The notes beneath the pieces were generated by a model that did no database searches, had not been told where the DNA came from, and worked only from the letters and a program-made list of their open reading frames with translations. A stretch of 64,000 bases of DNA from Candidatus Latescibacterota bacterium (GTDB lineage Bacteria; Latescibacterota; UBA2968; UBA8231), in assembly GCA_965221775.1 (NCBI GenBank), contig CBDCSU010000004.1:384001-448000 (forward strand), given 5' to 3'. The number at the start of each line of letters is the position of its first letter. The stretch's first letter is position 1. Shown here one piece after another: positions 9,743 through 17,889 of this stretch. The translations under genes and the position numbers were made by a program.

Positions 9743-10696
9743 TCACCGGATGTGGATGTAGTCCGAGGCGTTGTCCGTCAGCCGTTCCCGGTTCTCGTAG
9801 TATCGCATGGTGGTCTTGAGATCCTTGTGGCGCAGGTGAGCCTGCACCTGCTGGGGCTTGGCCCCGCCCTCGATCGACAGAGTGCAGCAGGTGTGGCGGA
9901 ACATGTGAGCGGTCACGTTTCGAGTCACGCCGGCACGGCGGGCGTGCTTGCGCACGATGGCGTTGATCGACTGGTCCGAGATCGGTCTTCCGCGGGACCG
10001 GTTGCGGGCCAGGGAGATGAAGGCATGCCCGTCCACCCGAAAGCCCCCGAGCTCGAGGGCCTGACGGTAGAGTGCCAGGTAGTGCAGAACGATGGGCTGC
10101 AGCTTTACGTCCTGAGGAACGCCGGACTTCGTCTCCGTGAGCCGGAGGAGGTGGAAGGCGCCTTCCTCGCTGAAATCCGCCCACTTCACGTTGGCAACTT
10201 CGGAGCGCCGAAGGCCGGCAAAGGTGAGGAGGTGCAGAACCGCCAAGTCCCGTGCCCGGATCAGCGGGTTCTCCTCTTCGGCAACAACATCAACAATGCT
10301 CTGTAATTCATTTCGGGACAGCGCCTTGCCGCTCACCGTCTCGTCCAGGCGATAGCCGCGCACGAGAGAGGCGTCGGCCGGGTTCTTGTCGATCAGGTCC
10401 GTGGCGACCATCATGCGGAAGAAGGCCTTCAGGCTCGCCAGCTTGCGGTTGATCGTCGACCGCCTGCGGCCGCTGGCGGCCAGGGTGTTCCGGAAGTCGA
10501 TGACATCGTCGAAGGTCACTGCGGCCACTCTCTCGGGAGTGACATGGCCGCTGCCGAAAAACTCACGGAGGTCCGCGCCGTAGGCCTTTCGGGTGCGCTC
10601 CGTCAACTGGCCCGCAAGGAAGCGCTCCAGTGGGTCCTCGGAGGCGGATCGTACAGGGTGCGTCGAAAGAGGGGCTGGCGTGGCTTCGGTGCTCAT
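9743..10696 (-). CDS. tyrosine recombinase (Xer/resolvase-like; SAM-like core-binding domain plus catalytic domain)
   Basis: T..AY..DL..F and STINRKLASLK.FF; complete catalytic set R (GLRRSE), K (TKSG), HxxR (HMFRH), H (LRHK), Y (TTMRY); no arm-binding N-terminal domain. Confidence 0.93.
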   Translation of the reverse strand: MSTEATPAPLSTHPVRSASEDPLERFLAGQLTERTRKAYGADLREFFGSGHVTPERVAAVTFDDVIDFRNTLAASGRRRSTINRKLASLKAFFRMMVATDLIDKNPADASLVRGYRLDETVSGKALSRNELQSIVDVVAEEENPLIRARDLAVLHLLTFAGLRRSEVANVKWADFSEEGAFHLLRLTETKSGVPQDVKLQPIVLHYLALYRQALELGGFRVDGHAFISLARNRSRGRPISDQSINAIVRKHARRAGVTRNVTAHMFRHTCCTLSIEGGAKPQQVQAHLRHKDLKTTMRYYENRERLTDNASDYIHIR

Positions 10697-10702
10697 CGAT
10701 CC

Positions 10703-10731
10703 AATATACCCAGCGCGCCGGGATCTGTCAT
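10703..10731 (-). promoter_or_regulatory. sigma70-like promoter of the recombinase, probably leaderless
   Basis: Minus strand ATGACA (10731-10726) -17 bp- TATATT (10708-10703), only 6 nt before the ATG at 10696. Confidence 0.55.
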
Positions 10732-10786
10732 TGCCGCGATCTCGCGGCAGCAGGCACGCTTCCTGGGGCCCGATTCGGGCTGTATC

Positions 10787-10818
10787 TAACCAACGATAAT
10801 GACTGTTATCGTTGGTTA
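10787..10818. other. perfect palindromic recombinase-binding or recombination site 2 (13-6-13)
   Basis: TAACCAACGATAA TGACTG TTATCGTTGGTTA; arms are exact reverse complements; TAA-N6-TTA core as in Xer-type sites; 90 bp upstream of the recombinase start. Confidence 0.75.
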
Positions 10819-10921
10819 AGGGGCTTCGGCTTCACGGGGCGGCCGGGTCTTTGCCCCGGGGCCTCCTGGATCCCTTTGCTCGCACGCAGGCCAACCCCCT
10901 GGGCCTGGCTTCCAGAGCAGA

Positions 10922-10949
10922 ATGACACATAATCTATATTATCCGCCAT
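10922..10949. other. dif-like recombination site 3 (11-6-11), best candidate for the chromosomal dif
   Basis: ATGACACATAA TCTATA TTATCCGCCAT; reverse complement ATGGCGGATAA TATAGA TTATGTGTCAT resembles XerC-arm / spacer / XerD-arm organisation; shares GACACATAA with site 1. Confidence 0.65.
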
Positions 10950-10964
10950 GAATGCCGGTTGGAG

Positions 10965-12761
10965 TCATGTCCGGTGGAAGAGTCGATCGAGCTCTTGCAG
11001 AAGGATCTTGATCAGGATCGGCCGGCCGTGAGGACAGGCGAAGGGCTCGCGCGCGTTGAGCAGCTTCCGGACCAGCGTCTCCATCTCCGGGACGGAGAGC
11101 CTCTCGCCGGCGCGGATCGAAGTGTGGCACGCCATCGATGCGGCGACGGCGTCCCGTACCTCCAATCGGACATCCAGCTCCTCGATCAGGTCGGACAGAA
11201 TCTCGTGGAACAGGTCTCCGTCACCCCAGTGACGCAGCCCGGGCGGGATGGCATCGAGCAGCAGGCTCCCGGGACCGAACTCGCGCACGCCGAATCCCAG
11301 TCTCTCGAACAGCTCCCGAGCTTGCAGAAAGGCCTCCATCTCCACCGGGCTGACCGTGACGGTGAGGGGCACCAACAGCTGCTGGGAGGCCCCGCCTTCC
11401 GTTTCGAGGGCGTCCTGCACCTCCTCGAAGCGAACCCGCTCGTGCGCCACGTGCTGATCGACGACGAGGAGCCCGTCGCGGATGGGGATCAGCACGTACT
11501 TGTCGTGTATCTGCCAGGAGACCGTGGAGCGCCGCGCCTCCCCCAGGGTCTTCCTTCCCGCGGCGTCCGCCGGCACCGGCTCTCCGGGGACCGGGGCCGC
11601 GGGCAGCAGGGTCAGTCTCATCTGGTCCGCCGACCCGTCCCACGGCTCTGACTCGGGTTCGGGGAGATAGCCGGTCCGGCTCTCGGCCGGACCCTCGACC
11701 CGGGCCGTCTCCGCCGGCGCCGCCTCTCCGTCCTCACCGGACGGATAGGAGTAGGCCCGGGCCTCGGGGACCTTCAGGGCATCTCGCACCGCCTCCTGCA
11801 CCAGCTGCCGCAACTCCGGCTCCCGCGAAAAGCGCACCTCCCGCTTCGTGGGATGGACGTTGACGTCGAGATGGCGGGGATCGAGGTCCAGCCACAGGAC
11901 GAACTCGGGATGGGCGTTGTGCGGCAGCAGCGAGCCGTACCCGTTGTAGACGGCGGTGGTCAGGGGGCGACAGGCGATGGGACGCTGCCGGACCACGACG
12001 TACTGCCTGGAACGGGCCCGCCCGCACTCTCCCGGAGGCGTCAGGAAGCCCTCGACCCGCGCCTCCGCTCCACCGACCTCCGACTCCCGCTGAAGGGCGA
12101 GGAGCCGGCTGGCCTCGAGGCGGAGCAGTTCTGCCGCTCGCAGGTCTCGCTCCCCCGGAGGCAGGTCGAGGATCTGCCGGCCGCCGTGATCGAGGCGGAA
12201 GGAGACCTCCGGCCGGGCGGCGGCCAGGGCCACGACGGCCTGGGTCACATGCCGCAGCTCCGTGTCCCGGTGGCGCAGGAACTTCCGCCGTGCGGGGGTG
12301 TTGTAGAACAAGCCGCGGACCTCGATGGTGGTCCCCACGTCGCGCCCCGCGGGCAGCAGCTCGCGCTGCACACCGCCCTCGACGACGAGACGCGTGCCCT
12401 CGTCGCCCCCGGCGGGCCGGCTCTCCACCGTCAGCCGGGAGACGGCGGCGATGCTGGCCAGCGCCTCTCCTCGAAACCCCATGGTGGAGATGGTGAAGAG
12501 GTCGGTGGGCGTACGCATCTTGCTGGTGGCATGACGCTCGGTGCAGAGCTCCACGTCCTCCCGCGGCATGCCCAGACCGTTGTCGGCGACGCGGATCGCC
12601 TGCCGGCCCGCCTCTTCGATCTCGATCCCTATACGGCTGGCCCCGGCGTCGAGAGCGTTCTCCACCAGCTCCTTCACCACCGAGGCCGGCCGTTCGATCA
12701 CCTCCCCGGCGGCGATCTTGAGCACGAGGCTCTCGGGCAACCGCTGGATGCTCGCGCCCAT
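10965..12761 (-). CDS. mutL: DNA mismatch repair endonuclease MutL
   Basis: IAAGEVIERPASVVKELVENALDAGA, HATSK, GFRGEALASI, DVNVHPTKREVRF, DQH.AHER, MACH, CPHGRP. Confidence 0.97.
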   Translation of the reverse strand: MGASIQRLPESLVLKIAAGEVIERPASVVKELVENALDAGASRIGIEIEEAGRQAIRVADNGLGMPREDVELCTERHATSKMRTPTDLFTISTMGFRGEALASIAAVSRLTVESRPAGGDEGTRLVVEGGVQRELLPAGRDVGTTIEVRGLFYNTPARRKFLRHRDTELRHVTQAVVALAAARPEVSFRLDHGGRQILDLPPGERDLRAAELLRLEASRLLALQRESEVGGAEARVEGFLTPPGECGRARSRQYVVVRQRPIACRPLTTAVYNGYGSLLPHNAHPEFVLWLDLDPRHLDVNVHPTKREVRFSREPELRQLVQEAVRDALKVPEARAYSYPSGEDGEAAPAETARVEGPAESRTGYLPEPESEPWDGSADQMRLTLLPAAPVPGEPVPADAAGRKTLGEARRSTVSWQIHDKYVLIPIRDGLLVVDQHVAHERVRFEEVQDALETEGGASQQLLVPLTVTVSPVEMEAFLQARELFERLGFGVREFGPGSLLLDAIPPGLRHWGDGDLFHEILSDLIEELDVRLEVRDAVAASMACHTSIRAGERLSVPEMETLVRKLLNAREPFACPHGRPILIKILLQELDRLFHRT

Positions 12762-12763
12762 CG

Positions 12764-13342
12764 CTACAGCTCCGGGGCGATCTCGGAGACGCGGCGCTCG
12801 TACTCCTCCTGGGTCAGGCGCCCCTCCTCCAGGTCCTTGCGGGCCCGGGCCAGGCGCTCCCGGGGGCTGCCCACCCGGCGGTGCGTCCGGGCCTGCTGCA
12901 CCAGGTTGTACAGTCCGAAGAGGAGGAGGCCGCCGATGGCGGCCATCCAGGCGGACTCGCGCAACCAGCGTCCCCGGTCGGAGCCCACGGACACGGCCAC
13001 CCCCGAGGCCCGCCACCGGGCGAAGACCTCGATCAGCTCGGACTCATCGGGCATGGGCGCGATGACGTCCTTGGCCAGGGACTGGTGGCCCTCCGCCTCG
13101 ATGACCACGGGTTGGCGCAGGCGGCCGATGAGCCTGCCCTCCACCACCTCGACCCTCTCGACCATCTCCTGGGACACCAGCTCCTCCAGCCGCTCCGGAC
13201 GGATGGCGGTCTCGGAGGGTGCCAGAAGGCTCAGCAGCAGGAGCAGGCTGATCAGCCCCAGGGCCAGGATCAGGGCGAGGGCCGTGGGCGAGGGTTCCGG
13301 GGTCGTCCCCGGGTTCTCCCTGGTCTCGTCATGGGTTGTCAC
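12764..13342 (-). CDS. membrane protein with FtsH-extracellular-like domain between two TM helices and a C-terminal SHOCT-like tail
   Basis: GTG start overlaps upstream stop (GTGA); hydrophobic ALALILALGLISLLLLLSLL and AWMAAIGGLLLFGLYNLV; tail RERL..ARKDLEEGRLTQEEYERR. Confidence 0.7.
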   Translation of the reverse strand: MTTHDETRENPGTTPEPSPTALALILALGLISLLLLLSLLAPSETAIRPERLEELVSQEMVERVEVVEGRLIGRLRQPVVIEAEGHQSLAKDVIAPMPDESELIEVFARWRASGVAVSVGSDRGRWLRESAWMAAIGGLLLFGLYNLVQQARTHRRVGSPRERLARARKDLEEGRLTQEEYERRVSEIAPEL

Positions 13343-14205
13343 CGCAGCTCCCTCTCTCCCAGCCGGTGTCCGTGGCGGGCCGCCCGGTGCAGCCAGGCCG
13401 CCAGCTGCAAGGCGCGTCCGAGGCCCTCGGCCAGCGGGTCGGGGGCCGCCCCCCGTCCCTGCCTGACGGCCAGTAGATCTCGGTACTGGCGGCGCAAGCC
13501 GGTCACGCGGGCCTCGCCCAGGTCCTCGTGCACGAGGGCGCGGCCGCCCTGGCCGTAGAGCTCGAAGGCGGCCTCCGCCTCCGTCTCGGCTCCAAGGGCG
13601 TGAACCTCCAACACCGCTTCGAGCCCGTTGAGAAACTCCAGGTGGGCGAGGGCCAGGTCCTCCTCCGGCCGGTTGCGGACCAGGGCCCGGGTGTGGGCGG
13701 CCACCGTGTCGATGCGGCCGAAGATCTCCTCCAGCAGCAGGGGCGCCCAGAGGGCGTGCGACCCGAGGACGCCGCCCGTCCCGGCCCAGGCTCGCGGCAC
13801 CCGGACCCGCAGTCGGGAGTAGACCGGCCTCTCGACCCGGGTGACGGAGCGCCGCACCTCGTCGGCAAAACCCGAATGCAGGCTCGGAGCGTCGATGCGA
13901 AGCAGGCCCTGCCGCTCCGGCGCCCCCACGACGTCCCCCAGCTCTCCCGTCCGCCGCCCGGCGGCGGGAGGGCAGGCGCACAGGACCCCGTGCCCCGCTT
14001 CCAGGGCCCGGCGCACCCAGTATCCTCGCTCCGAAGGCGGGGAGAGAACGGTGACGATCCCCACCCGCGGGTCCGCCAACCACCCCTCCGGGCTCTCCTC
14101 CCCCGAAGGATGGAGGGCTCGCAGGCCCTCCACGGCGTCGACGGCCGCCAGATGGCGGGAACGCTCGGCGCTCCCCAGGACGGCGACGCCCATCTCTTCC
14201 GACAC
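13339..14205 (-). CDS. Gfo/Idh/MocA-family oxidoreductase-like protein, degenerate
   Basis: LADP.V..V.V.SP, ALEAG.GVLC and GGVL..HA patterns plus a C-terminal GFO-like fold; lacks GxGxxG and EKP. Confidence 0.6.
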   Translation of the reverse strand: MSEEMGVAVLGSAERSRHLAAVDAVEGLRALHPSGEESPEGWLADPRVGIVTVLSPPSERGYWVRRALEAGHGVLCACPPAAGRRTGELGDVVGAPERQGLLRIDAPSLHSGFADEVRRSVTRVERPVYSRLRVRVPRAWAGTGGVLGSHALWAPLLLEEIFGRIDTVAAHTRALVRNRPEEDLALAHLEFLNGLEAVLEVHALGAETEAEAAFELYGQGGRALVHEDLGEARVTGLRRQYRDLLAVRQGRGAAPDPLAEGLGRALQLAAWLHRAARHGHRLGERELR

Positions 14206-14293
14206 GAGCTTCCTCTCTCCTCTGACAGGGGTGAGCACCGCCGCCGGCCAGGGGCCATAAGGGGACGGCAGCGGGACCTCCTCGCGGAAGGGC

Positions 14294-15295
14294 TCAAGCC
14301 TTGGCGGGCCTGTTCCCCCCCTCCTTCTCCCCTGCCGCCTGTCTGTTCATCTGCCGAATGAGGCGCTTGTTGAACTCATGGGCCGCGTGGTAGCCGTCGA
14401 TGCGGAGCAGGTAGTTGAAGGCGATCGTCTCGGCGATGACGGTGATGTTCTTTCCGGGGTAGATCGGAACGGTGATCTCCGGGACCTCCACCCCGAGGAT
14501 GTTGAAGGCGCGGTCCTCGATGCCGGTGCGCTCGTAGTCCAGCTCCTCCTCCCAGTCCACGAGGGTGAGGACGATCTCGACTCGTTTCTGGCGGCGGGTC
14601 CCGCCGACGCCGAAGAGCCGCTTCACGTCCACGATGCCGATGCCCCGGATCTCGATGTGGTCCTGCAGCAGCCGCGGCGGACGGCCCATGAGCAGCCCGT
14701 GCGACTGGCGGGTGATGATCACCGTGTCGTCGGCCACGAGCCGGTGTCCGCGCTCGACAAGATCGAGACCGACCTCGCTCTTGCCGATGGCGCTGCGGCC
14801 CATGACCAGCAGGCCCACACCGTGGACATCGACGAGGGTTCCGTGCAGGGTCACCTGCGGAGCGAAGTGATCGTCCAGGTAGAAGTGAAGGAGATGGATG
14901 AACTTGGTGGTGTCGAACTCCGAGCGCAGCAGGGGGATCCCGTACTTGTCGGCGAGGCGGCGCAACTCGGGGAGCAGCCGGCCCCGGCCGGTGACGATCA
15001 CGCAGGGCAGCTCGAACTGGTAGATGATCTCCAGGGCCTGGAGCCGCCGGTCGGGAGGCAGGCTCCGGAGGTACTCCAGTTCGTGGTTGCCGAGGATCTG
15101 CACCAGGTCGAAGGTGAAGACCTCGACGAAGCCGGTGAGGGTCAGTCCGGGCCGATGGACGTCGCTGCTGTTGATGGAGCGGCCCATTCCCCCCTCCCCT
15201 GCCAGCAGACGCAGACCGAGACGGCGGCCATACTCCTTGAGCAGAGTCTCGATCTCCATCCGCGCCTCGCTCTGGCTGTTCGTGGTGGTGCTCAT
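14294..15295 (-). CDS. hprK: HPr kinase/phosphorylase
   Basis: HRPGL.L.GF, LHG.LVDV.G.GLL..G.S.IGKSE..L.LVERGHRLVADD, IEIRGIGIVDV, P..PGKN. Confidence 0.96.
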   Translation of the reverse strand: MSTTTNSQSEARMEIETLLKEYGRRLGLRLLAGEGGMGRSINSSDVHRPGLTLTGFVEVFTFDLVQILGNHELEYLRSLPPDRRLQALEIIYQFELPCVIVTGRGRLLPELRRLADKYGIPLLRSEFDTTKFIHLLHFYLDDHFAPQVTLHGTLVDVHGVGLLVMGRSAIGKSEVGLDLVERGHRLVADDTVIITRQSHGLLMGRPPRLLQDHIEIRGIGIVDVKRLFGVGGTRRQKRVEIVLTLVDWEEELDYERTGIEDRAFNILGVEVPEITVPIYPGKNITVIAETIAFNYLLRIDGYHAAHEFNKRLIRQMNRQAAGEKEGGNRPAKA

Positions 15296-16209
15296 CCCGC
15301 TCCCTCCCTGGCCACGGCGTCGCCGTGGGCCCGCCTGAAGCCCTCGTAGCGGCTGCCGGAGATCTGTCCCCGCTCCACCGCCTCGCGGATGGCGCATCCC
15401 GGCTCGTGGATGTGCGTACAGTCGCGGAACCGGCATCCGCCGGCCAGGGGCTTCATCTCCCGGTAGTACTCCACCAGGTCCGACGCTCCCACTCCCCACG
15501 GCTGGAGCTGCTTGAGGCCGGGCGTGTCGACCACGTAGCCGCCCCCGCGCAGCCGGTGCAGGGAGGCCGCCGTCGTCGTGTGGCGCCCGCGGTCGTGATG
15601 GCGCATCAGCCCCTGCGTCTTCAGGCCGAGCCCCGGCTCGAGGCGGTTGAGGATCGCCGACTTGCCCACCCCGGAGGGGCCGACCAGGACCGAGACGCCC
15701 TCGCGGAAGGACTCGGCCAGGGACTCCATCCCGGCCCCCGTGGCGGCGCTGGTCTCGACCACCCGGTAGGCGAGGTTCCGGTACAGGTCCACCAGGGGCC
15801 GGCGGCTGTCTGCGTCGTCGAGGTCGATCTTGTTGACGCAGAGGATGGTCTCCTCGATGCCGCCGCTGGCGGCCATGACCAGGGCGCGGTCGATGAACCC
15901 CGTGCTCGGCGCCGGATCGAGGGCCGCGCAGACCACGAAGAAGCGGTCGAGGTTGGAGGCGATGACCTGCCGGGTCGGCCGCCCGCCGGTGGCCATGCGG
16001 GCGAGGTTCGACGTCCGCGGCAGGACCGACTCGATCACCCCCCGGCCGGCTTCGGTGCGGCTCACGCGGACCAGGTCTCCCGCCACCACCGGGGAGCGGT
16101 CCTCCCGGCGCCCGGCCTTCAGTCCTCCCCGGAGCTGACAGAGGATCTCCCCCCCGTCGAGGCCGACGAGGACCTCCCAACCGGAGACGCGCAGGGCCCG
16201 GCCGCGCAA
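15292..16209 (-). CDS. rsgA: ribosome small subunit-dependent GTPase A (start uncertain, TTG 16209)
   Basis: VVAGD.V, NKID, GPSGVGKS, GRHTTT, DTPG, CRFRDCTH.HEPGC Zn-finger. Confidence 0.95.
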   Translation of the reverse strand: MRGRALRVSGWEVLVGLDGGEILCQLRGGLKAGRREDRSPVVAGDLVRVSRTEAGRGVIESVLPRTSNLARMATGGRPTRQVIASNLDRFFVVCAALDPAPSTGFIDRALVMAASGGIEETILCVNKIDLDDADSRRPLVDLYRNLAYRVVETSAATGAGMESLAESFREGVSVLVGPSGVGKSAILNRLEPGLGLKTQGLMRHHDRGRHTTTAASLHRLRGGGYVVDTPGLKQLQPWGVGASDLVEYYREMKPLAGGCRFRDCTHIHEPGCAIREAVERGQISGSRYEGFRRAHGDAVAREGAG

Positions 16210-16216
16210 CTCGCGG

Positions 16217-16939
16217 TCACTCGCCGCGGGCGAGGCGCTCTGCGGCGTAGGCTGGCCAGCCGAGGTCGTGGATCTTCTCCTGGGTACGGCGCAGGGGATA
16301 CTCGGCGCGTCGAAGCTCGACGCGCTCGGCATCGACGTCCCACAAGGCGAAACTGGCGCGCGGGTCCCCGTCCCGGGGCTGTCCCACGCTGCCGGTGTTG
16401 ACCAGGTAACGGTGGCGTCCGATGGCCAGCTCCGACGAGGTGAGCGGGACGGGCCCGGACTCCATCTGGCAGAACAGGGCGGCGTGGTGCGTGTGTCCGA
16501 CGAAGGCGATGCGCCACTCCAGTTGTTCGAGACACCAGCGGACGTGCTCCAGCAGGTAGAGGGTCTGCCACTCTTCCGGACAGACGGGGTTGGCATGGGC
16601 GAAGACCCCTTCCCCCTCGACGTGGCGGTAGGCGAAGCCCCGGATGTAGTCGAGTTCGTCCTCGGCCACGAGGGCCCTCGATTCCAGAAGGGTGTCCCGG
16701 GCCATGCTGTTGAGCTCGTGAACCCGCTGTCCGTCCACCAGGGCCTGGTCGTGGTTTCCGAGGACGCAGACCGCGCCCGCCTCCCGCAGCCGGTGGATGC
16801 AGGCCACCGGGTCGGGACCGTAGCCCACCAGGTCGCCCAGCACGAGGAGCTTGTCGGCGCCTTCCTGGTCGACGGCGATGAGAACGGCCTCGAGGGCCTC
16901 GAGGTTCGCGTGGATGTCGGAGAGAACGGCGAGCCGCAT
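16217..16939 (-). CDS. metallophosphoesterase (calcineurin-like family)
   Basis: SDIHAN, LGDLVGYGP, LGNHD, GHTH, N.GSVGQPRDGDPRA motifs. Confidence 0.92.
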   Translation of the reverse strand: MRLAVLSDIHANLEALEAVLIAVDQEGADKLLVLGDLVGYGPDPVACIHRLREAGAVCVLGNHDQALVDGQRVHELNSMARDTLLESRALVAEDELDYIRGFAYRHVEGEGVFAHANPVCPEEWQTLYLLEHVRWCLEQLEWRIAFVGHTHHAALFCQMESGPVPLTSSELAIGRHRYLVNTGSVGQPRDGDPRASFALWDVDAERVELRRAEYPLRRTQEKIHDLGWPAYAAERLARGE

Positions 16940-16941
16940 GG

Positions 16942-17883
16942 TCAGTGGAAGAGGGCGCTGATCGACGTCTCTTCGTGGATGGCGCGAATGGCGTCGGCGA
17001 AGTGCCGGGCCACGGAGACGACGGCGAGCTTGCTCGAGTCGGCCCGCCCCGGCTGCGGCACCGTGTCGGTGACGACGAGGGACTCCAGGGCGGATGCCTC
17101 GATCCGGCTCGCCGCGTCGGCCGCCAGGGTCCCGTGCACACAGCCGGCGTGGACCGACCGGGCCCCCCGCTCGAGGACGGCCTCGGCGCCGTCGAGGATG
17201 GAGTCCCCGGTGATGATCTCGTCGTCGAAGAGCAGCACGTCGCGGCCCTCCACGGCGCCGATGACGCCGTGCACCTGCCTCTGACCCGCGGCCTCCCGGA
17301 TGTCGATCACCACGAGGGGCAGCCCGAGGTGGCGGGCATACGCCTCGGTCACCTTGGCACGGCCGATGTCGGGTGCCGCGGCGACGCAGCGGGACAGGTC
17401 GAGGCGGTCGGCGAAGTGGCCGCAGATCGACGGCACGCCGCTCAGCTGGTCGATGGGGATGCGGCAGAAACCCATGATCTGCGGGCTGTGCAGGGTCATC
17501 GTCAGGACCCGGTCGGCGCCGGCCTCCACCAGCAGGTCGGCCATGAGCCGGGCGGCGACGGAGATGCGCGGCTCGTCCTTGCTGTCGGCCAGGGAGTACG
17601 GGTAGTAGGGCAGGACCGCCGTGACCCGCCCGGCGGAGGCGTACTTGAGGGCGTCGAGAGCGATGAGCAGCTCCATCAGGTGATCGCTGACGGGCGGGCA
17701 CGAGGTCTGGATCAGGAAGACGTCACAGCCGCGCACGTTCTCGCAGATCTTGACCTTCACGTTCTCGTTGCTGAAGCAGACGAACTCGATCCGCCCCGGC
17801 TCGATGCCGAGAGCTCGGCAGATGCCCTCGGCCAGGTCCGGGTTGCTGTTGCCGGCGAAGACCTTGAGTGTCCTGGCGCCCAT
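16942..17883 (-). CDS. prs: ribose-phosphate pyrophosphokinase paralogue, probably catalytically impaired
   Basis: F..E..V.I.ENVRG.DVF, MELL...DALK.ASA, PD.G and DDEIITG; but YSLAD replaces YARQD and DIRE replaces DKRR. Confidence 0.85.
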   Translation of the reverse strand: MGARTLKVFAGNSNPDLAEGICRALGIEPGRIEFVCFSNENVKVKICENVRGCDVFLIQTSCPPVSDHLMELLIALDALKYASAGRVTAVLPYYPYSLADSKDEPRISVAARLMADLLVEAGADRVLTMTLHSPQIMGFCRIPIDQLSGVPSICGHFADRLDLSRCVAAAPDIGRAKVTEAYARHLGLPLVVIDIREAAGQRQVHGVIGAVEGRDVLLFDDEIITGDSILDGAEAVLERGARSVHAGCVHGTLAADAASRIEASALESLVVTDTVPQPGRADSSKLAVVSVARHFADAIRAIHEETSISALFH

Positions 17884-17889
17884 CTCTCT

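Noticed and set aside
9743-10696. Recombinase as an integron integrase, prophage integrase or canonical XerC/XerD
   Set aside because: No IntI-specific insertion or attC-like cassettes, no arm-binding domain, phage genes or tRNA target. The motifs HMFRHTCCT and LRHKD differ from the XerC/D H.LRHSFATH and LGH pattern, so no gene symbol was given.
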